A stretch of 64,000 nucleotides of DNA from an uncultured Planctomycetia bacterium (lineage in GTDB: Bacteria; Omnitrophota; Gorgyraeia; Pluralincolimonadales; Pluralincolimonadaceae). The DNA lies in NCBI GenBank assembly GCA_964650515.1, contig CAZYUB010000007.1, forward strand, positions 20,837 through 84,836. Reading direction: 5' to 3'. The translations under genes were made by a program, and so were the position numbers. The notes under the pieces are model-generated. The model saw nothing but the letters and a program-made list of their open reading frames with translations, had not been told where the DNA came from and did no database searches. Of the stretch, positions 9,839 to 17,210 are shown in pieces. Each line of letters begins with the position of its first letter. The first letter of the stretch is position 1.

Positions 9839-9914
9839 TCCCCTGTAGCTCAGTCGGTAGAGCAGTGGACTGTTAATCCACGTGTCCCTGGTTCGAGCCC
9901 AGGCGGGGGAGCCA
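9839..9914 (+). tRNA. tRNA-Asn (anticodon GTT), 76 nt, CCA encoded
   Basis: Hand-folded cloverleaf: acceptor TCCCCTG/CGGGGGA, D arm GCTC-AGTCGGTA-GAGC, anticodon stem GTGGA/TCCAC with loop CTGTTAA, T arm CCTGG-TTCGAGC-CCAGG. Confidence 0.9.
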
Positions 9915-9948
9915 GATTTTTCCTTTATTAGTAGCAGGAAAAATCTGG
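9912..9948 (+). repeat. Perfect 13-bp inverted repeat (CCAGATTTTTCCT ... AGGAAAAATCTGG) that includes the tRNA CCA end
   Basis: 13/13 complementary arms with an 11-nt loop; no U-run follows. Candidate processing or attachment structure at the tRNA 3' end. Confidence 0.5.
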
Positions 9949-10054
9949 CGTGTCCCCTGCGTATTGATTTACGAAGCAAATCAGCAGCGGGATAGCCAAA
10001 TAATGAGTATTGAATTCCGTGTTATTTATGGCATATTTATAGCAGAAAAAGGTA

Positions 10055-10084
10055 TTGACAAGAGATTGTGTGTGTGTTTAAATA
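10055..10084 (+). promoter_or_regulatory. Promoter-like TTGACA-17/18-TTAAAT/TAAATA upstream of a short leader
   Basis: Perfect -35 hexamer in the AT-rich island; the predicted transcript runs into the intrinsic terminator at 10120-10151. Confidence 0.4.
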
Positions 10085-10119
10085 AGCTATCATCCCAGTG
10101 AGATTAAAGTCTCATTGGC

Positions 10120-10151
10120 CCCGAACTCCTCGTGGGTTCGGGTTTTTCTTT
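10120..10151 (+). terminator. Intrinsic terminator (CCCGAAC-loop-GTTCGGG followed by TTTTTCTTT) in the leader just before the NYN gene ribosome-binding site
   Basis: 7-bp GC-rich stem and a 9-nt loop then a U-run; the ribosome-binding site AAGGAG starts 3 nt downstream. Possible attenuator or small RNA of about 60 nt (10090-10151). Confidence 0.55.
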
Positions 10152-10163
10152 ATAAGGAGCTAA

Positions 10164-10775
10164 ATGAAGCGAGTTGCTGTTTTTGTCGACGGTTTTAATC
10201 TCTACCATGCTTTGAACGAAAACGCCGCCTATCGAAAATACAAATGGTTAAATCTTGAAAAATTCTCAAAGTGTTTCGTCACCAAAAATGAAACAATAGT
10301 TGATATTTTATATTTTACATCTTATGTAACATGGGATGCCCAAAAGCTTGCAAGACACCAGATTTATGTGAAGGCGTTACAATTGGTTAACGTGAAGCCA
10401 GTATTCGGTGCTTTTAGAATGAAGGATGCAACTTGTCGCGTATGCCACGAAACATATAAGATACCGGAAGAAAAACAAACAGATGTTAATATTGCAATAA
10501 AACTATTCGAAACAGCAGTTAAGGATATATGGGATACGGCTTTAATCATATCAGGTGATAGCGACTTGATTCCTGCAATAGAGGCCATTAAAAAATTATT
10601 TCCCATCAAAAGAATAGGTGTTGCAATACCTATAGGAAGAAGCGCCGAAGAGTTAAAAAAAGTAGCAGATTTCCGGATAAAAATAAAACCAATACATCTT
10701 CAAACATGTCAATTTGACGACGTTATCATTATCGATAAGGATACTCAGTTAAAACGACCCGATACATGGATATGA
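10164..10775 (+). CDS. NYN-domain (LabA-like, PIN-fold) protein
   Basis: VAVFVDGFNLYHAL N-terminus and a GDSDLIPAI acidic cluster. About 35% GC, immediately downstream of tRNA-Asn. Confidence 0.75.
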   Translation: MKRVAVFVDGFNLYHALNENAAYRKYKWLNLEKFSKCFVTKNETIVDILYFTSYVTWDAQKLARHQIYVKALQLVNVKPVFGAFRMKDATCRVCHETYKIPEEKQTDVNIAIKLFETAVKDIWDTALIISGDSDLIPAIEAIKKLFPIKRIGVAIPIGRSAEELKKVADFRIKIKPIHLQTCQFDDVIIIDKDTQLKRPDTWI

Positions 10776-10799
10776 AATAAAACATTAGTTGCGTTCCGA

Positions 10800-10836
10800 C
10801 CCTTCGCAATAAATATTGCGGAGGGTTTTATTTTGG
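10800..10836 (+). terminator. Intrinsic terminator after the NYN gene
   Basis: CCCTTCGCA...TGCGGAGGG stem then TTTTATTTT. Confidence 0.6.
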
Positions 10837-10876
10837 AGTACAATTGGAAATTAAATAACCCACCAAGGAGGCCAGC

Positions 10877-11290
10877 ATGAAAATAGGAAAGCTACTCATT
10901 GCCGCAATAGCACTTTCAATCTTCGGTTTAATCATCGGCGCAGTCACCTGCGGAGGCGTGTTCAATTGGGTATACAAGCTCGAGCCGACAAACGTCTGGA
11001 AGCCGATGGACGGCCCGCCGGGTATGGTGTATCACGTAGTCGGATTCATACTCAACGTAATACTTGCGGCTGTTTACGCGTTATTCCGTAAAGGCCTTCC
11101 CTGCAAGAACAGGCTGGTCAAGGGCCTTATATTCGGGTTATGCGTCTGGGCCGTCGGCATGCTGCCGGGGATGTTCGCAACTTATTATTTCATGACGGTG
11201 GCTACCGAAGTCGTGATCTACTGGACCATCCTGGGCCTGGTTGAATACCCCATAATGGGGCTGATAATCGCCGCTATATACGGAGAATAG
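10877..11290 (+). CDS. Small polytopic membrane protein, hypothetical
   Basis: 4 predicted TM segments; strong ribosome-binding site AAGGAGG. Confidence 0.5.
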   Translation: MKIGKLLIAAIALSIFGLIIGAVTCGGVFNWVYKLEPTNVWKPMDGPPGMVYHVVGFILNVILAAVYALFRKGLPCKNRLVKGLIFGLCVWAVGMLPGMFATYYFMTVATEVVIYWTILGLVEYPIMGLIIAAIYGE

Positions 11291-11303
11291 GACGCGGGGG
11301 GTA

Positions 11304-11331
11304 TTGACATTCCCCCGCAATCTGCTAAAAT
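11304..11331 (+). promoter_or_regulatory. Consensus promoter TTGACA-16-TAAAAT with a GCGGGGG/CCCCCGC palindrome bracketing the -35
   Basis: Perfect hexamers; the inverted repeat 11293-11318 flanks the TTGACA (possible operator). Confidence 0.5.
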
Positions 11332-11358
11332 ATATACACAATTAGGGAGAAATAAAAA

Positions 11359-11390
11359 GCCAAAGACATAGCTCTTTGGTTTTTTATTTA
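11359..11390 (+). terminator. Intrinsic terminator-like hairpin (CCAAAGA-loop-TCTTTGG + TTTTTTATTT) between the promoter and the trkH start
   Basis: Could terminate the upstream membrane gene or form a short leader/attenuator. It overlaps the track's TTG start at 11376, so the true start is ATG 11397. Confidence 0.5.
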
Positions 11391-11396
11391 TGGCAA

Positions 11397-12728
11397 ATGA
11401 GAGACGTAATCTACTCGATACTCTACAGGTTCCGCAATTCCAACCCGATAAGGCTGGTGGCGCTGGGCTACCTTACCTATGTGATCGTGGGCTGGGCGCT
11501 CCTTTGCGCCCCGTTCTTCCAGAAGGTACCCGTTCCCGCGCTCGACAACCTGTTCATAGCCAGCTCAGCCGTATCGACCACGGGGCTGGCGACTATCACG
11601 GTCTCGGATTCCTATAACTTCCTCGGCCAGGTTGTCATATTGGTGCTCATCCAGCTCGGAGGCATAGGGTATATGACGTTCGGTTCCTTTGTCATCCTTT
11701 CGACGAAGAGGAATCTCGAGGAAAACCATAAGAACATAATGCGGACGGTATTCAGCATACCGAAGGATTTCAAGATAGAGAAGTTCATAAAGAGCGTCAT
11801 AGGGTTCACGCTCTTCTTCGAGCTGCTGGGGGCGGTGGCCCTTTTGCCGGTATTCCTGAAGGCGGGCACCGAAAACCCGTTATGGCAGGCGGTATTCCAC
11901 AGCATTTCCGCCTTCTGCACGGCGGGTTTCAGCCTCCTGCCGAACAGTTTCGAGAATTTCAAGGATAACGTATGGCTTAACGTCGTCATATCGGTATTGA
12001 GCATAGTAGGCGCGATGGGTTTCATCCTATGCGTAGACGCCTGGCGTGTCATCACCGGGAAGACGGGGAAGGTGACCTTCACGACAAAGATAATCGTCGT
12101 CGCCACGTTCTGGCTGCTTGTCATAGGCACGGTATTGTGCTTCCTTAACGAGCCCTTCGGTCCCGGGACGATGCCCGACCAAAAATGGCTTTATTCGTTC
12201 TTCCAGGTGATGACGTCCCTGACCACCGTGGGTTTCAACACCGTGCCGATAGGCGCGCTTTCCGAATCCGCGATACTCCTGCTCACGTTCATGATGATAA
12301 TAGGCGCGTCGCCTTCGGGAACAGGCGGCGGCCTCAAGACGACGACTTTTTCGGCCATTATAGGCCTCGTGCGCAGCACATGCCGCGGGGATACGGAGGT
12401 AAAATTCTGGGGCAAGACCATTCCCGAAGACAGGGTAAAGACATCCGTAGCTACGTTCGTATTTTATATGGGCGCGCTTGCCGCCGGAACTTACCTGCTT
12501 ACGCTGACTGAGAAATTCCAGTTCTCGCAGATACTCTTTGAAAGCGCATCGGCGCTGGGCACCGTGGGCCTCAGCCTGGGTATCACTTCGTCGCTGACGC
12601 ATATGGGCAAGCTTATAATAATCCTCATGATGTTCGTGGGCCGCGTGAGCCCGTTGAGCCTGGGGGTTGCGCTCTTCGTGAAGTCAGAGCTTATATTTGA
12701 TGACGAGAAGACCGATATTGCGGTATAA
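11397..12728 (+). CDS. trkH: Trk/Ktr-type potassium transporter membrane subunit (TrkH/KtrB family)
   Basis: Four pore-loop motifs (TTGLATI, GGIGYMT, CTAGFS, TTVGFNT, GGGLKTT). Start moved from the track's TTG 11376 to the in-frame ATG 11397. Confidence 0.88.
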   Translation: MRDVIYSILYRFRNSNPIRLVALGYLTYVIVGWALLCAPFFQKVPVPALDNLFIASSAVSTTGLATITVSDSYNFLGQVVILVLIQLGGIGYMTFGSFVILSTKRNLEENHKNIMRTVFSIPKDFKIEKFIKSVIGFTLFFELLGAVALLPVFLKAGTENPLWQAVFHSISAFCTAGFSLLPNSFENFKDNVWLNVVISVLSIVGAMGFILCVDAWRVITGKTGKVTFTTKIIVVATFWLLVIGTVLCFLNEPFGPGTMPDQKWLYSFFQVMTSLTTVGFNTVPIGALSESAILLLTFMMIIGASPSGTGGGLKTTTFSAIIGLVRSTCRGDTEVKFWGKTIPEDRVKTSVATFVFYMGALAAGTYLLTLTEKFQFSQILFESASALGTVGLSLGITSSLTHMGKLIIILMMFVGRVSPLSLGVALFVKSELIFDDEKTDIAV

Positions 12729-12749
12729 TCTTTTCAAACAGGAGGATTA

Positions 12750-13319
12750 ATGCGTAAAACAGCCCTATTGGCGATTTTTTTGGTAATGTCATTTGTTCCC
12801 GCTTCGGCCCGCGCCGAAGAAAAACCCTTCCAGCTCGCGGTGGTAAATCCTCTCCAGCTCGTGCCGGAGGACCAGTCGATTAAAGGCGTCGGTATTAACC
12901 TGCTCTACGGCTCCAATGAGAACTTCAGCGGCATAGACATCGGTCTCATAAACCACGTCAAGAGCCGCGCTATCGGCCTGCAGTGGGGCGCCGCGAACGT
13001 GACGGAAGGCGATCTCAGCGGCATCCAGCTCGGTTTCGTGAACTGGACGACGGGTTACATGCACGGCGTGCAGTTGGGCGGCCTGAACTTCTCGCAGGGC
13101 GACTCGCGCGGCATAGAGTGGGGCATAATGAACTACAGCAAGGACTCTTTCGGAGGCTTCCAGGGAGGTTTCTTCAACTACGCGGGCGAGATGCACGGCC
13201 TGCAGTTCGGCGTGATCAACGCGACGAAGAACCTCGACGGCCTTCAGATAGGCCTCGCGAACTACAACGGCAACAAGAAGCCGATGGAGTTCATGGTATT
13301 GGTCAACTGGTCGTTCTGA
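12750..13319 (+). CDS. Secreted protein built of about 9 tandem 15-residue repeats G-[ILVF]-x-[ILWF]-G-x-x-N-x7
   Basis: Signal peptide MRKTALLAIFLVMSFVPASARA; the repeats are visible by eye. The family is unassigned. Confidence 0.6.
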   Translation: MRKTALLAIFLVMSFVPASARAEEKPFQLAVVNPLQLVPEDQSIKGVGINLLYGSNENFSGIDIGLINHVKSRAIGLQWGAANVTEGDLSGIQLGFVNWTTGYMHGVQLGGLNFSQGDSRGIEWGIMNYSKDSFGGFQGGFFNYAGEMHGLQFGVINATKNLDGLQIGLANYNGNKKPMEFMVLVNWSF

Positions 13320-13320
13320 T

Positions 13321-13674
13321 ATGAAGCTGACGCACAACTCGCTCAAGGACCTCGTCTTAATAGCGGTTATTTTAGTCACAGTAAGCGTCCTTTCGTATTT
13401 TTTTAATTTATTCGCGTTCTTAGTGGAGCTGTTCGAGAAGAACCCGAAGGCGCTGACGTTCATAGACGAGATAATTACCGGTCTCGTGACGCTGAGCGTG
13501 TGTTTCGCCGTATTTTCGTGGCGCAGGTGGGTGGAATTGAAGAAAGAGACCGCCGAACGCATAAAACTCGAAGAGGAACTCATCGAGATAGCCACTACAA
13601 ACGTGGAAGTGGAGAGGATAATCAGCAAGCAGCTCCGCTGTGAGGTCGAACTGCGCAGGAAGACGCGCCTTTGA
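13321..13674 (+). CDS. Small membrane/coiled-coil protein, hypothetical
   Basis: TGATATG overlap with the upstream gene; 2 TM segments and a charged C-terminal helix. Confidence 0.45.
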   Translation: MKLTHNSLKDLVLIAVILVTVSVLSYFFNLFAFLVELFEKNPKALTFIDEIITGLVTLSVCFAVFSWRRWVELKKETAERIKLEEELIEIATTNVEVERIISKQLRCEVELRRKTRL

Positions 13675-13766
13675 GCAAAATAATAGTTATTGCAGTAGCC
13701 CCTAATTTGAGGTAAAATCTTTCCAATAGGGCGGCCGATCGTCGGCGCCTTAAAAAAGGAGGAAAC

Positions 13767-13937
13767 ATGGGGTACCAGGGTGGTGGCGGTGGTGGCGGAT
13801 TCGGTGGGCCGAGGGAAATGCACAAGGCGACATGCGCGGACTGCAAAAAAGAATGCGAAGTCCCGTTCAAGCCTAGGGATGACCGTCCCGTGTATTGCAA
13901 GGACTGCTTCTCGAAGCGCAAGAACGAAGGACGTTAA
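13767..13937 (+). CDS. 56-aa Gly-rich CxxC-x17-CxxC zinc-ribbon protein (not in the ORF track)
   Basis: AAGGAGG ribosome-binding site 7 nt upstream of the ATG. Product MGYQGGGGGGGFGGPREMHKATCADCKKECEVPFKPRDDRPVYCKDCFSKRKNEGR; an intrinsic terminator follows. Confidence 0.65.
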   Translation: MGYQGGGGGGGFGGPREMHKATCADCKKECEVPFKPRDDRPVYCKDCFSKRKNEGR

Positions 13938-13968
13938 CGATACGCTGTTAATCAGCGAATAATAGGAT

Positions 13969-14005
13969 CCCCCTGCAATTAAAAGTTGCAGGGGGATTTT
14001 GTTTG
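13969..14005 (+). terminator. Intrinsic terminator (CCCCCTGCAA-loop-TTGCAGGGGG + ATTTTGTTT)
   Basis: 10-bp perfect stem. It overlaps the track's TTG start at 13986, so the permease most likely starts at ATG 14022. Confidence 0.7.
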
Positions 14006-14021
14006 CGGTAAAATCAATACA

Positions 14022-15245
14022 ATGGAAAAAGGCAACGGTGTATCCCTTATCGACCGTATAACGGTCTCCCTGCTCGTGGTCGGAGGCATAATCGGCGCCG
14101 GGATACTCGCACTTCCCGTCAATACCGGCCTCGCGGGCTTCATCCCGTCACTGCTGAACCTGCTGCTCTTCGGTGCGGGCATGTTCTTTACCGCGAACGT
14201 GCTGGCGAGGGAAGCCGTGCTCGAGAAGACGGATAACTTCAACTACCCGAGCATGTACCGCAAATACCTCGGCGTGACCGGCAAGTGGGTGGCGACCGGC
14301 GCGAACCTCTTTTTGCTCTACGGACTGCTCGTCGCCTATATCACCGGCGGCTCCACGATAATATCGAACCTCTTCAATATCCCCGCGGAATACTACAGGC
14401 CGGTGACGATAGGATTCTTCTTCATCCTCGTGGGAATAATAGCGATGGGTTTGGGCGTTATCGTAAAGATAAACGCCGTATTCACGGTGCTGATGTTCAC
14501 GACGTTCATCGCGATAGTCGCGATGGGCATCCCGCACGTGAAGGCGCAGAACCTGACATACAAGGACCTGCAGTTCCTGCCGTGCACGGTGCCGATAATC
14601 GTGACCGCGTTCAATTTCCACAACGTGATACCTACCGTCTGCAAGTCGCTGAAATGGGACATCCTGCTTATCCTGAAGACGATACTCATCGGGATGGCCA
14701 TCGGCTGCGCCATGTACGCGCTGTGGATGTTCGTCGGGATAGGCGCGTTGCCGGTGGAGGGAGGGGACGCGAGCCTTATCTTTGCCTTCGATAACAACCT
14801 GCCCGCTACAATACCGCTGTCAAGGATGGTGGATAACGGGGCATTCCTCGTTATCGCGATGGTGTTTTCGCTGGTCGCGCTGAGCGCCTCGTGCATAGCC
14901 AACAGCACGGGCCTGCTGGCGTTCGTGGAAGACCTTATGTCGAATACGTTCGGCGTGCATAACAGGATGCTTTGCGTGGTCATCGCCTTTATCCCGCCGC
15001 TCATCATATCGCTGATATTCCACGGCATCTTCCTTAAGGCGCTCAATATCGTCGGCGGCTTCGGCATAATCCTGCTGTTCGGCATACTGCCGAGCGTCAT
15101 CGCGATATCGAAGACGAAGGGCTGGCGGCGGGAGGTCGCGTTCCTGATAATGCTGGTCTTCCTTGCGTCATTCGTCTTCGAGATATTCCAGGAGACGGGG
15201 CTCTTGAGGATCAGGCCCGAGGTGGAGTACTACAAGGGCAACTGA
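14022..15245 (+). CDS. Amino acid permease, aromatic/hydroxy amino acid (HAAAP, TnaB/Mtr/TyrP-like) family
   Basis: GIIGAGILALPV N-terminal motif; 11 predicted TM segments. Confidence 0.7.
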   Translation: MEKGNGVSLIDRITVSLLVVGGIIGAGILALPVNTGLAGFIPSLLNLLLFGAGMFFTANVLAREAVLEKTDNFNYPSMYRKYLGVTGKWVATGANLFLLYGLLVAYITGGSTIISNLFNIPAEYYRPVTIGFFFILVGIIAMGLGVIVKINAVFTVLMFTTFIAIVAMGIPHVKAQNLTYKDLQFLPCTVPIIVTAFNFHNVIPTVCKSLKWDILLILKTILIGMAIGCAMYALWMFVGIGALPVEGGDASLIFAFDNNLPATIPLSRMVDNGAFLVIAMVFSLVALSASCIANSTGLLAFVEDLMSNTFGVHNRMLCVVIAFIPPLIISLIFHGIFLKALNIVGGFGIILLFGILPSVIAISKTKGWRREVAFLIMLVFLASFVFEIFQETGLLRIRPEVEYYKGN

Positions 15246-15256
15246 GCGGCGAAGGC

Positions 15257-16558
15257 CTATGCGCGGCCGCTGCGCGAGGATTTTTCCTGCAGTATTTTTA
15301 CTACCATCGGGTCTACCCCGAACATCCCTTTAAGCGAGACCATGCTGAGGTTCGTTATCGTCTCTTCCGGCGACTTGCCTAATACGCCGTCCTCGACGGA
15401 TATCCCGTAACCCGCCAGCGCCATGAACGCAGAGCGCATCGCCGTCTCGGCGCCGGTGACTATCTTCATCGAGCAGCCGGGCTTCGCGCCGTCGCAGATC
15501 ATTCCGGTTAGGTCGCTGGCGACGTTATCCATCGCGAACGATATCTTCTTCATATCTATGCCGGCTTTCTGGTAGACGAGGGCTATCGCCGTCGAGATGC
15601 TGGCGGCTATCGCGCAGCCGCATATTACCGAGAGCTCGCCGAGGAAGCACTTTATATAGGAGTTTACCGCGTGGCTTATCGCGATGCTCTCCTCGATGCG
15701 CGCCGGGTCGATCTTTTGGTCCGTCCCGACGAGGTAGGGGACTAATATCGTTAGCGCGCCTTGGTTGCCCGAACCGCCGGAAGTCATTACCGGCTCAGGC
15801 ATGCCGCCCATCCGCGCGTCTACGGCGGAAGCGACGCGGATCTTGACCCTGTTGAAGAGGTCGTCGCCAAGCAGGCCGCCCTTGACCATCTGCTCTATCT
15901 GGTAGCCGGTCTTCTTCATGCCGATGCCCTTCGCGGATATCGCCATGTTCATCTCGATGCCGCGGCGGATATGCGCGCGCGTGCCCTCATCGAGCTTGAC
16001 CGCCTCGCGCAGGACTTCCTCGAGCTTCATCTTCCTCAGGATATCGTGGTGGTCCTTGGCCTTCTTGCCGGCGTGCGGGTGCGCGGCCAGTATCGACTTG
16101 CCGTCCTTCTCGAGGCAGGTGATGTTTGTGTGCCCCTCTGAGACGACGCAATGGACGCGGGAGCCGCCGCCTTCCGCGTAGACCTCGACGTGGAAGCTCT
16201 TCTCATCTTCCTTGCATGAGTATTTTATGGCGCCTTTGCTTATGAGCTCGCGCGCCTTTTTAAGCGTATCGTGCGGGACTTCCTTGAGTATCTCGAGCCG
16301 CAGCGAGGATTTCGCGATCACGGCGCCGAGTGCTGCCGCTATCACATTGCCTTTCTCGCCGCCGCTGTTCGGTATAGTGACCGCCGCGCCGTTCTTGAAC
16401 GTGCCGGCGTCGACAATGAGCTCGAGTTTTTCTACGGGAGCTTTCAGCTGTTCGACGGCCGCGGCCGCCGCGTAAGCGCAGGAGATCGGCTCGGTGCATC
16501 CGATGGCGGGGAATACCTCGTTCGCGAATATCTCTTTCAGCAGGCGTGCTTTGTCCAT
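15257..16558 (-). CDS. UPF0597/YhaM (CyuA)-family L-cysteine desulfidase-like protein (serine dehydratase-like fold)
   Basis: IGCTEPISCAYAAA motif and the overall YhaM-like pattern. Confidence 0.6.
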   Translation of the reverse strand: MDKARLLKEIFANEVFPAIGCTEPISCAYAAAAAVEQLKAPVEKLELIVDAGTFKNGAAVTIPNSGGEKGNVIAAALGAVIAKSSLRLEILKEVPHDTLKKARELISKGAIKYSCKEDEKSFHVEVYAEGGGSRVHCVVSEGHTNITCLEKDGKSILAAHPHAGKKAKDHHDILRKMKLEEVLREAVKLDEGTRAHIRRGIEMNMAISAKGIGMKKTGYQIEQMVKGGLLGDDLFNRVKIRVASAVDARMGGMPEPVMTSGGSGNQGALTILVPYLVGTDQKIDPARIEESIAISHAVNSYIKCFLGELSVICGCAIAASISTAIALVYQKAGIDMKKISFAMDNVASDLTGMICDGAKPGCSMKIVTGAETAMRSAFMALAGYGISVEDGVLGKSPEETITNLSMVSLKGMFGVDPMVVKILQEKSSRSGRA

Positions 16559-16605
16559 GGTTAAACTTTATCATGAGGAAAAAATTACGTCAAGAAAAAG
16601 AAAAA

Positions 16606-16614
16606 TGGTATAAT
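16606..16614 (+). promoter_or_regulatory. Extended -10 element TGGTATAAT, 12 nt before ATG 16626 (short or absent leader)
   Basis: The same extended -10 sequence recurs upstream of bioY (51956-51964). Confidence 0.4.
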
Positions 16615-16625
16615 TAAAAACTACG

Positions 16626-17198
16626 ATGGCAAAGAAAATACTCATCCTCAACGGAAGCCCGAAGAGGGGTGGCAATACCGAAATACTCTCCGGATGGTTC
16701 GCCGAAGGCGCGCGCAAGGCTGGCGCTGGGGTCGAGGCCGTCCGCGCCGCGCCGCTGAAGTATAAAGTATGCGGATGCACGTCCTGCAGGAAGTGCCAGA
16801 AGATAAAAGAATATGTATGCGTGATAAAAGACGGCGCGCACCCCATACTAAGAAAAATGGCCAAGGCGGATGTGATAGTGTTCGCGACGCCGCTTTATTT
16901 CTACGGGCCGAGCGCCCAGTTGAAAGTGCTGATAGACCGCATGTTCTCGCTGTACAAATGGGACAACACGACCGACACTTACGAATCCCCGCTGAGGGGC
17001 AAGACGATGGTCCTGCTGTTGAGCGCCTACGAGGATGTCGGCCTGAAGAACGTGGGAAAGATGTTCAGGATAATAGCGGACTACAGCGAGATGAAGTTCT
17101 ATTCCCTCCTCGTGCCGGATGCCCGCGAATCCGGGGATATCCTGAAGCTGAAAGGCGTCCGCGAAAAGGCCGTAGCCCTCGGGAAGAGGATCGTTTAG
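16626..17198 (+). CDS. NAD(P)H-dependent FMN reductase / iron-sulfur flavoprotein-like (flavodoxin fold)
   Basis: ILILNGSPKRGGNTE motif; cysteine cluster CGCTSCRKCQ. Confidence 0.7.
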   Translation: MAKKILILNGSPKRGGNTEILSGWFAEGARKAGAGVEAVRAAPLKYKVCGCTSCRKCQKIKEYVCVIKDGAHPILRKMAKADVIVFATPLYFYGPSAQLKVLIDRMFSLYKWDNTTDTYESPLRGKTMVLLLSAYEDVGLKNVGKMFRIIADYSEMKFYSLLVPDARESGDILKLKGVREKAVALGKRIV

Positions 17199-17210
17199 AC
17201 AGCTTACCGG

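Noticed and set aside
11376-11396. TTG start of trkH in the track, and the TTG start 13986 of the permease
   Set aside because: Both lie inside intrinsic terminator hairpins; the in-frame ATGs at 11397 and 14022 are more plausible.
12789-13823. 344-aa minus-strand ORF
   Set aside because: Antisense to the repeat-protein and small membrane genes. It is a repetitive high-GC antisense frame with no ribosome-binding site and no motif.
13780-13962. 60-aa plus ORF and 99-aa minus ORF (13622-13921) overlapping the small zinc-ribbon gene
   Set aside because: They have no ribosome-binding site and Arg/Ser-rich low-complexity products. The 56-aa frame with the AAGGAGG site is preferred.
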